A stretch of 44,187 bases of DNA, taken from the IMG/VR virus record IMGVR_UViG_3300038758_000056; one strand, 5' to 3'. Origin of the DNA: a virus. Both the position numbers and the translations under genes were made by a program. Positions 26,115-32,826 of the stretch are shown piece by piece (within the stretch, counting starts at the first letter, position 1; the number at the start of each line of letters is the position of its first letter). The notes beneath the pieces were generated by a model. The model was not told the DNA's origin. It was given only the letters and a program-made list of their open reading frames with translations, and did not search any database.

Positions 26115-26237
26115 ACGGTATAAAAAATTGGGGCGTGTGTAGTTTCCCGAAGGTTAATACTATTATTTATCATTGTGGCGGTGCGAAAGTTTATCTCTTT
26201 TAATCCCCAACTTTTCATACCGCAAAACGTTAGCTGC
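26103..26237. repeat. Palindromic intergenic unit U5
   Basis: GGGGCATAAC aca CGGTATAAAAAA [84 nt] TTTTCATACCG caaaac GTTAGCTGC. L arms complementary at 10/11. Confidence 0.75.
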
Positions 26238-26448
26238 AAGCGAGTGGTCGCCAAGCAATACATTCAGCAAAAGGCATATCGTCATCGTAAAATTCGCAAA
26301 CACTACCGTCATCAAATAGCATTTCAAAGTTTTCGCCCGTAGGCATTTCAATTAGGTTCACTTCGTTTTGCTCACCTTTGATAAATCGCCAGCAGCTAAC
26401 ATCCGCTACAGTGCATGGCTGTTGGTTGTTTTCTGATACTGTACTCAT
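26230..26448 (-). CDS. Small acidic hypothetical protein
   Basis: ORF rich in Asp/Glu (EFYDDDMPFAE). Confidence 0.55.
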   Translation of the reverse strand: MSTVSENNQQPCTVADVSCWRFIKGEQNEVNLIEMPTGENFEMLFDDGSVCEFYDDDMPFAECIAWRPLACS

Positions 26449-26507
26449 AATTCAAAGTTTATTTTTGTTTAGATGCGTTGTTGAAAGCCACGCACCATAG
26501 CTTTTAC

Positions 26508-26545
26508 GTTGTATGCCATTGAAACGGTACGCTTCGCCATACAAC
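26508..26545. repeat. Closed GTT...AAC hairpin: GTTGTATG - 22 nt - CATACAAC
   Basis: 8-bp perfect inverted repeat read directly. Same end motifs as the gene-bracketing arms but with nothing inside. Confidence 0.7.
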
Positions 26546-26565
26546 ATGGTATATAAGCAAAAAAC

Positions 26566-26808
26566 TTAACTACCATTCTCCTTTTCATTAAGGTACTCGA
26601 AATAAGAAAGGGCAGCCGTGAATGAACACCAACCTATTTTCTTACCAATACCCTCCCAAACTGCTTTACAATAAGTCATATCATTTCCATACTCATTATC
26701 GTTCCACCTTTTTAATTCTGCTTCTATGGTCGGGATATGCCCTTGTGCTTCCAAACCAAATACTACTTTAAGCCCTTTCTTTTCGACTTCTTCAAATAAT
26801 TCTTTCAT
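26566..26808 (-). CDS. Hypothetical protein
   Basis: ORF in the accessory island. Confidence 0.6.
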   Translation of the reverse strand: MKELFEEVEKKGLKVVFGLEAQGHIPTIEAELKRWNDNEYGNDMTYCKAVWEGIGKKIGWCSFTAALSYFEYLNEKENGS

Positions 26809-26864
26809 AATTTATCCGTTAAGTTTTCTACTCATATACCTGTCTGTTGGTAGTAATAGTTTTG

Positions 26865-27068
26865 CTATCTATTAACTTGATAAATAGCTATTGCACCAAT
26901 AGAGGTAATAGCACCTTCTATCGCTACTAAAAACCTAATGTTTTGTTCCCAATTTGCAAAATTCATTTCAAGCAATACAAATGCATTTCCTAGATACCAA
27001 ACCGCAAAACCACATACTACCAACAAAGTATAAAGTGCATAGCTTTTAAGTGTTTTAATTATGTCCAT
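26865..27068 (-). CDS. Small membrane protein (2 TM)
   Basis: Two hydrophobic segments: YALYTLLVVCGFAVWYLGNAFVLL and FLVAIEGAITSIGAIAIY. Confidence 0.6.
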   Translation of the reverse strand: MDIIKTLKSYALYTLLVVCGFAVWYLGNAFVLLEMNFANWEQNIRFLVAIEGAITSIGAIAIYQVNR

Positions 27069-27126
27069 TTTTTTTATTTAAGTTATTTTTAATTCAGTTA
27101 TTCGTGCTGTTTAGGTCGCTACGACA

Positions 27127-27153
27127 CCTTATACAAACCGTTACCCACAATAC
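27127..27153. repeat. Half unit (L arm CCTTATACAAA - cc - GTTACCCACAATAC) 3' of gene 27164..27691
   Basis: Carries the left arm of the 13/14 inverted repeat whose partner is at 27725..27738. Confidence 0.7.
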
Positions 27154-27163
27154 TACGTGAGTG

Positions 27164-27691
27164 CTACCAATTGAATTTTTCAGCGTTTAAGTAAACTTGT
27201 GTGTGTATTCTTCTTTGATTGACATTTATAGTGGTTGGGTGTATGAACTTCTTTGGTATTACACGAATAAAACACCTCCAAGTATGTTCATTACTCATAA
27301 TACCTCTATGTAAATCATTTTGAGTGAACGTATGCCATTTCTGTTCTTCTTTAAAGTAGTTGTTTCCCTCCTTATCTTTGTATTCTGTTAGCGGAGGGCC
27401 ACTTAACCACATATACATTTTCTCGCCTGTTATACCTCTAAAATCTCTTTTCAAGTTTTCATCTCTTGGTACAAAATCTCTGTGCCAATTTGGAATACAA
27501 GGGAATTGCTTCGGCATAAGCATATGTATTTTTACATCAACTGCATATTCCTCTTTAGGTAATTCAAGTAGTCCAGATTCCAACAACTCGTTTATTATAG
27601 GTTCTACTTCGGGCATTAATTCTATTGTCTTTTCAAACGAGCAAAGCATAACTCCATTTGTACTTTTACTCCAATCAATATTATGTTTCAT
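27164..27691 (-). CDS. Hypothetical protein with HxD...H motifs (possible Fe(II)/2-oxoglutarate dioxygenase or cupin-like fold)
   Basis: NWHRDFVP ... NDLHRG ... WRCFIRV could form a facial triad plus Arg. No confident family match by eye. Confidence 0.3.
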   Translation of the reverse strand: MKHNIDWSKSTNGVMLCSFEKTIELMPEVEPIINELLESGLLELPKEEYAVDVKIHMLMPKQFPCIPNWHRDFVPRDENLKRDFRGITGEKMYMWLSGPPLTEYKDKEGNNYFKEEQKWHTFTQNDLHRGIMSNEHTWRCFIRVIPKKFIHPTTINVNQRRIHTQVYLNAEKFNW

Positions 27692-27724
27692 TATCTGTTT
27701 TTTTAAATTTTATACTAAAAACCC

Positions 27725-27769
27725 GTACTGTGGGTAACACTAAATATACCCCATATTCCGTTGCACTAC
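27725..27769. repeat. Short palindromic unit U1
   Basis: GTACTGTGGGTAAC acta AATAT accccc... ATATT cc GTTGCACTAC. AAC pairs with GTT, and the AATAT/ATATT arms pair. Confidence 0.6.
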
Positions 27770-27821
27770 ATACGGTGCATATTCTCAACGTTGTGTCTTG
27801 CTTAGTTTCGCGCAATATACT

Positions 27822-27829
27822 TAAATTTG
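27822..27829 (+). promoter_or_regulatory. -7 box TAAATTTG placed 4 nt before the ATG of 27834
   Basis: Perfect TAnnTTTG; head of the packaging/head operon. Confidence 0.5.
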
Positions 27830-27833
27830 CAAT

Positions 27834-28736
27834 ATGGCAAAAAAGCAAAGAGGGATTTTACTTTTAGCGTTCGGAGCTAAAGGTTACGCAGAGTTGGCGG
27901 CTAATCTAGCTTACTCACTCAAAAGACATTCAAATGTTCATATTACTTTAGCGGTTCAACCCGACTTGATGGACTACATTTTCGCAGAGGATTACCAATA
28001 CTTCGACAATATCATCGACCTCAAAGAAGATGACTACATGAAGGATGGAAAGGTAGACCCAGCACGTGCTAAAGTTCGTATCTATGACATAGGCTCAAAG
28101 CTATACAAGGAGTTCATCTATTTAGACGTTGACGCGCTTTGCTGGCATGACATCGAAGGGCTATTCACTCAATGTTCTGAAAGTGAGAAGTATTACATCA
28201 CAGACGTTAAGGGAGTTGGCAGTCAGGACGAGGTGGTTAATTACTCAATCTGGGCTAAGAATGAGGACATTACGGAGTTCTTCGGATTGAAAAAGAAAGA
28301 CAAGATAGTAGCGATTCAATCGAGTTGGTGCTACTTCAAGACGTGTCCAGATACTAAGAAGTTCGCAACCGAGGTTAAGAAATACTATAACAAGGGCTTC
28401 GACCTATTGAAACTGCAAGAAAAGTGGGGCGGTACGTTACCTGATGAGCTTATCTTCTCAGGTGTGCTTTCTAAGATGGGTTTAGACGCTTCTCACGAGT
28501 TCTACCCTGCTCCTATACACTTTGGCAACCATCACCCTAAAAAGGGCATGACAGAGCTTGCGGAGGATTCTTACCTATTGAGTGTTTACGGGAATGGCAA
28601 CGGCCAAACGCTTACCAAAGTCGCCTATTTAGAGTATTACGACAGGGTGTTGATTCAATGGAAAAAGGAACACGGTCAGAATCACAAGTACAAGATAGGT
28701 CAAGCGAACAAGGATAAACACGCTAATAAGCATTGA
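27834..28736 (+). CDS. GT8-like nucleotide-sugar glycosyltransferase
   Basis: GILLLAFGAKGYAELAANLAYSLKRHS ... KEFIYLDVDALCWHDIEGLF (DxD), as in family 8 enzymes. Confidence 0.45.
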   Translation: MAKKQRGILLLAFGAKGYAELAANLAYSLKRHSNVHITLAVQPDLMDYIFAEDYQYFDNIIDLKEDDYMKDGKVDPARAKVRIYDIGSKLYKEFIYLDVDALCWHDIEGLFTQCSESEKYYITDVKGVGSQDEVVNYSIWAKNEDITEFFGLKKKDKIVAIQSSWCYFKTCPDTKKFATEVKKYYNKGFDLLKLQEKWGGTLPDELIFSGVLSKMGLDASHEFYPAPIHFGNHHPKKGMTELAEDSYLLSVYGNGNGQTLTKVAYLEYYDRVLIQWKKEHGQNHKYKIGQANKDKHANKH

Positions 28737-30025
28737 TTAAGCTATTAGAGGTCTACAAGCCTGCTTGGTTCACATCTAAACGGTATGTGATAAAGGTAGG
28801 TGGTAGAGGCGGTGGAAAGTCTCACGATGAGGCTTACTTTCACGTTATTAAGTGCCGTCAACCCGAATACTACAGAGGGGTTTTAGTTCGTGAGATTCAC
28901 GGATCAATCAGAGATTCCCAGTTTGCTGAAATCAAATCAGCAATAGAAGCACTTGACATCGGTAACGAGTTCATCATTCGTGAAAACACGATGGAAGTTG
29001 AGCATCGTATCACAGGCAACAAGATACTAGCTAAGGGTTTAAAGAAGTCGAGCAGCCACGAGGTCGCCAAATTCAAGTCGATTAAAGACCCTACGCACGT
29101 ATGGTTTGAAGAACCGACCGAAACAACTAAACCAGACTTTGACCAGGTTGATGAATCTGTAAGGACGTTAAAGAGCGATGTTCTTCAAATTCGCATGACC
29201 ATGAACACCGACATCGGCCCTGACCATTGGATTCGTAAAGAGTTCTTTGATGTTGAGCGACCAGATGCAGAGATTGTTTGGAGTACCTACCTTGATAATC
29301 AAGTAAATCTATCGCCTTCGTTCATCGCTTTGATGGATAGAATGAAAGAGACGGATTTCGAGAGGTGGAAAGTAACCGCTATGGGGGGATGGGGAAAGCG
29401 GGACGTTCAAAACCCTTTCGCTACTCAATTCGACTATTTAAAGCACGTTAAAACCTGTTCTTATCAGCCTCAGAAGGTTCTGCGTATCAACTTTGATTTC
29501 AATATTTCGCCTTTCGCTATTACGTTTTCCCACTTCTGGAGGGATAAAGAAGGATACCACCACCACACGTTTGACGAAGCAACGATTGAAGACGGGACTA
29601 TTGACAAGGCTTGTGATTACATTCTAAGCGCGTATAAGCCTAGTTTACCTACCTGTGTTATTCACGGGGACGCTTCGGGCAACGCTAGGCAGTTAAGCCA
29701 ACGCGATCACGCTAATCTTTATAAACTGATTGAAAGGAAGTTAAATCTAAGGGGTAGGCAGTTCAAAATAAAGAAGTCAAACCCTAGACATACTAACTCA
29801 AGGAATGACGTTAACTATTTATTGATGCACTTCCCAGACCTGAGAATAAGCCCCGATTGCCCTAATCTGATAAGTGATCTGGAAACGGTTGAGGTGAATG
29901 CAGAAGGTAAGATAATAAAGGCCCAAAGAACTAAGAAAGAACAAAGGGCCGACCACTTAGATGCGGCTCGTTATGATTACGATTCAACTGAACTTAATGA
30001 TTGGATTGCTAACCATCAAAGATAA
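28733..30025 (+). CDS. terL: Terminase large subunit
   Basis: Walker A KVGGRGGGKSH, Walker B-like HVWFEEPTE, C-terminal nuclease-like region. TTG start overlapping the GT8 stop (TTGA). Confidence 0.85.
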   Translation: MIKLLEVYKPAWFTSKRYVIKVGGRGGGKSHDEAYFHVIKCRQPEYYRGVLVREIHGSIRDSQFAEIKSAIEALDIGNEFIIRENTMEVEHRITGNKILAKGLKKSSSHEVAKFKSIKDPTHVWFEEPTETTKPDFDQVDESVRTLKSDVLQIRMTMNTDIGPDHWIRKEFFDVERPDAEIVWSTYLDNQVNLSPSFIALMDRMKETDFERWKVTAMGGWGKRDVQNPFATQFDYLKHVKTCSYQPQKVLRINFDFNISPFAITFSHFWRDKEGYHHHTFDEATIEDGTIDKACDYILSAYKPSLPTCVIHGDASGNARQLSQRDHANLYKLIERKLNLRGRQFKIKKSNPRHTNSRNDVNYLLMHFPDLRISPDCPNLISDLETVEVNAEGKIIKAQRTKKEQRADHLDAARYDYDSTELNDWIANHQR

Positions 30026-30098
30026 TTTTGTAAGTTTGTCTTATCGTTAGTCCGCATGCTAACATTGAAGGCTTTGATTGACCTGTAAGAACAGGCTT

Positions 30099-30137
30099 AA
30101 ACCCCAGATAGTTGTGCGGAACTTGACGGGGTTTTTT
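30099..30137 (+). terminator. Terminator-like hairpin after terL
   Basis: AAACCCC - 22 nt - GGGGTTT followed by TTTTATTT. The long loop lowers confidence. Confidence 0.45.
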
Positions 30138-30427
30138 ATTTAGGGTGTTTTCAAAGTCCGACCCGATAAGCTGAACAGATAGACGCTTTCTACCACTCAG
30201 ACAATGTTTTTATACGTGAGCGGCCACGATAAATCTAGGCTCTGTCCGAGCGACCGACAACCTAGTCACGACATGACCGAAAGGTTTACTATCTAAGTGG
30301 TGTTAGCAAAGCCCGTTGTCAGGGGTAAGGGTAATAAAAGCGCATTCAGGGTTTCTGTTTTAACCTTGTCTATATTGACTCTAATAGATAGATGTCAGTA
30401 TAGGGTCGCTATATCCTAATAATATAT

Positions 30428-30435
30428 TAATTTTG
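30428..30435 (+). promoter_or_regulatory. -7 box TAATTTTG placed 5 nt before micro-ORF 30441
   Basis: Perfect TAnnTTTG. Confidence 0.5.
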
Positions 30436-30440
30436 TACTT

Positions 30441-30533
30441 ATGAAGATAGTTTGGTCTTGTTGCGGTCGTCCTAAGACAGGAAATGGCAGCGGTTACTTA
30501 GAAGAGTTTTACATCCTAGCGAAAGCGGCTTAA
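30441..30533 (+). CDS. Micro-ORF, 30 aa (MKIVWSCCGRPKTGNGSGYLEEFYILAKAA) coupled to the portal gene
   Basis: Manual translation. Its TAA overlaps the portal ATG (TAATG). Confidence 0.35.
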   Translation: MKIVWSCCGRPKTGNGSGYLEEFYILAKAA

Positions 30534-32380
30534 TGGAACAACAGGAGGTTGAGGTTATAATCAATCATGTTCTAGCTAAATCGAAAGCAGCCTATAAGGT
30601 TACTTACGACAACGGCAACTATAACACGCACTTCGAGTACGTGCCTGATTATTACGAAGGGTATCGGAAAGCGGTAAACCAAATGCGTAGGATTTCACCA
30701 CATGCTGACGTTGACGTGTTTCCTGAGATGCTTTTCAAGCACCGCGCCCCTAATCAATCTGAGGAAGAAGCTAAGTATTTAAGAAACACTTATCGCTGTA
30801 CTACTCACCCCGTGTTCGTTGACTTCGTTTCTAGCGTTTCCAACGTAACCAATGAAGCCAATTGGTCGTGGGAGTTCGCAGAAGAAGGTGGAGATAATAC
30901 ATTACAGGAATATCTATTCACGGGCGTTCCTGTTTATCGGTCTGCTACTTCGTATCTAAAGACCATGATACCAGCGTTGAAAGCAAAAGACGCTAACGGG
31001 GTTATTTCGGTTAAGCCTAAACACATCCCGACCCGAATGACAGAGGAAGGTGAATTGGTCGTTGATGATCTTGAGTATTATGAGCCTATGCCTTTCTACT
31101 ACTCAAGCGAACAAGTGGTAGGGTATAAGGATTCGGTTTACGTAGCTATTGAGAGCAAGGAAAAGAGCGTGGTTGAATACGCTGGAAAGCCTCATAAAGT
31201 AGGAAGGGTGTTCGAGGTTTACGATGACACCTACATTTGGAGGGTTGAGCAAGTAGGGAAGTTCACAGACCACACCTTTAGTTATGCGGTTTACTTCCAT
31301 CATGATTCAGGAAAGATTCCAGCGGAGCGTCTAAAGGGTTTGGCCGATGTTCAAGACAACGGAGAAGTTTATTGGACTTCATTATTTTACTATTCGACCG
31401 ACCTACTTGATAGGGCGTTAGCAAAGGACAACAACGTAGAGGTTTCTATTAACCGCATCGTGTTTCCTACGGCTATTATTGAGGCCGATGAGTGTGATTT
31501 CCAAAACGATGAGGGAAGGTGTCAGAACGGAGCATGGTTAGTAGAGGGCGACATATCAGGAACGTGTAAGAGTTGTAACGGGACGGGGTATAAGATGAAC
31601 CTTAGCCCGATGAAGAACTACTATAAAAAGAAAAAGCAAGGTGTAGACGCGGGTACAGATACAACCGTACCACTTCAATTCGTAACACCAGACACAAGCG
31701 GCTTAGAGTTCGTTAGAGAGACTTCCCAACAGGACAAGATTGAAGCCCGTCAGATGCTTCACTTAAGAACGTCAAGCACAGTAGCGCAACCGTCAGACGA
31801 TACTGCAATAGGTGGACTGTTAGACCAGGACGCTTACTTTAGGTTTATTGCCACGTTCTCAGATCAGACGTTTGATACTTTCGAGTTTATTGTGGAGCAG
31901 ATGGCAATTCAGCGATACGGAGTAGATAAGGAATTACCAAGCGTTAACCGTCCTAAGTCGTTCTCTTTCAAGACAACCGATGATTATTTGAACGATATTA
32001 AGACGGCTAAAGAAGCTGGTTTACCTGATACGGCTGTTAATATGCTTATTTTCAAGTTTTTTAGGTCGATACACTACGGCAACAGCCAAACTACTAAAGC
32101 CTTCGACTTGATGGCTAAGGCTGATAGATTGCTTACATTAAGCTCTGACGATATAAATGTAAAGGTTGCTCAACAGTTGGTAGAGCCTTGGGAGGTTGTG
32201 TTACACGATTCAGCTAACTACATCGTTACAGAGTTGGTGGCAGAAGACCCAAGTATCTTAGATTTGGATATTGACGAGCAGATTAAGAGAGTTCACGAAC
32301 GCGCTAAGGAGTTGGTGAGGGACGTGGATTCAAGTACAACCAAAGTAATTGACTTTCTAACTACCAGAAAGACTGCATAA
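30533..32380 (+). CDS. Portal protein candidate
   Basis: 615-aa ORF, the first large gene after terL. Assigned by size and position. Carries a CxxCxGxG zinc-finger-like insert. Confidence 0.55.
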   Translation: MEQQEVEVIINHVLAKSKAAYKVTYDNGNYNTHFEYVPDYYEGYRKAVNQMRRISPHADVDVFPEMLFKHRAPNQSEEEAKYLRNTYRCTTHPVFVDFVSSVSNVTNEANWSWEFAEEGGDNTLQEYLFTGVPVYRSATSYLKTMIPALKAKDANGVISVKPKHIPTRMTEEGELVVDDLEYYEPMPFYYSSEQVVGYKDSVYVAIESKEKSVVEYAGKPHKVGRVFEVYDDTYIWRVEQVGKFTDHTFSYAVYFHHDSGKIPAERLKGLADVQDNGEVYWTSLFYYSTDLLDRALAKDNNVEVSINRIVFPTAIIEADECDFQNDEGRCQNGAWLVEGDISGTCKSCNGTGYKMNLSPMKNYYKKKKQGVDAGTDTTVPLQFVTPDTSGLEFVRETSQQDKIEARQMLHLRTSSTVAQPSDDTAIGGLLDQDAYFRFIATFSDQTFDTFEFIVEQMAIQRYGVDKELPSVNRPKSFSFKTTDDYLNDIKTAKEAGLPDTAVNMLIFKFFRSIHYGNSQTTKAFDLMAKADRLLTLSSDDINVKVAQQLVEPWEVVLHDSANYIVTELVAEDPSILDLDIDEQIKRVHERAKELVRDVDSSTTKVIDFLTTRKTA

Positions 32381-32390
32381 ATGAGGAAAA

Positions 32391-32789
32391 ATGGCAGAAA
32401 AACCAAAGAGAAAAAGAAGAACTAAAGCACAAATAGCGGCTGATAAGGCTAAGGAGTTTAAGCATCAAAAGGCTGTTAAAGAACAGCTAGATAAAGTTGC
32501 TGATACTGCGGCTAAAATCAATGAGGTGATTGAGGATCAAAAGGCCGAAAGAATCACAAGTCCCATTATCGGAATTACCAAAAACCCAGAGATTCGCTTC
32601 CTAAAGAAAAACGGAAAACCATCATTGCTCACGCTGTCTCAGTGTTTAGACGCTCAGACAATGAAAGAACGAGCCTACGCGCTTGGATATGCTGAGACAT
32701 TTGCAGACCCAGAAGCGGAGGTAAAAACCAAAGGCATAGACTACAAAGGCGAAGACGCATGGGCTATCATACAACGTACATACCTATGA
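32391..32789 (+). CDS. Hypothetical protein with a Lys/Arg-rich N-terminus
   Basis: ORF between the portal and scaffold genes. Confidence 0.6.
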   Translation: MAEKPKRKRRTKAQIAADKAKEFKHQKAVKEQLDKVADTAAKINEVIEDQKAERITSPIIGITKNPEIRFLKKNGKPSLLTLSQCLDAQTMKERAYALGYAETFADPEAEVKTKGIDYKGEDAWAIIQRTYL

Positions 32790-32826
32790 ACTATTATTCA
32801 ACAACTACTTACCAAATCAATTTTCA

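Noticed and set aside
26081-26351. Track ORFs 26081..26263 and 26163..26351, which cover the centre of palindromic unit U5.
   Set aside because: They run through the conserved repeat arms and overlap the better-supported 26230..26448 ORF. They are probably artefacts of an AT-rich, stop-poor spacer, though a micro-ORF inside U5 cannot be excluded.
24585-27691. Calling the repeat-bracketed island a bona fide integron or CALIN, or a transposon.
   Set aside because: - No integrase or transposase is encoded.
- The core sites do not fit GTTRRRY strictly (GTTATGC, GTTACCC).
- The arms differ between genes, unlike transposon TIRs.
- An RNA-level explanation fits equally well.

I report it as an attC-like architecture needing tests, not as an integron.
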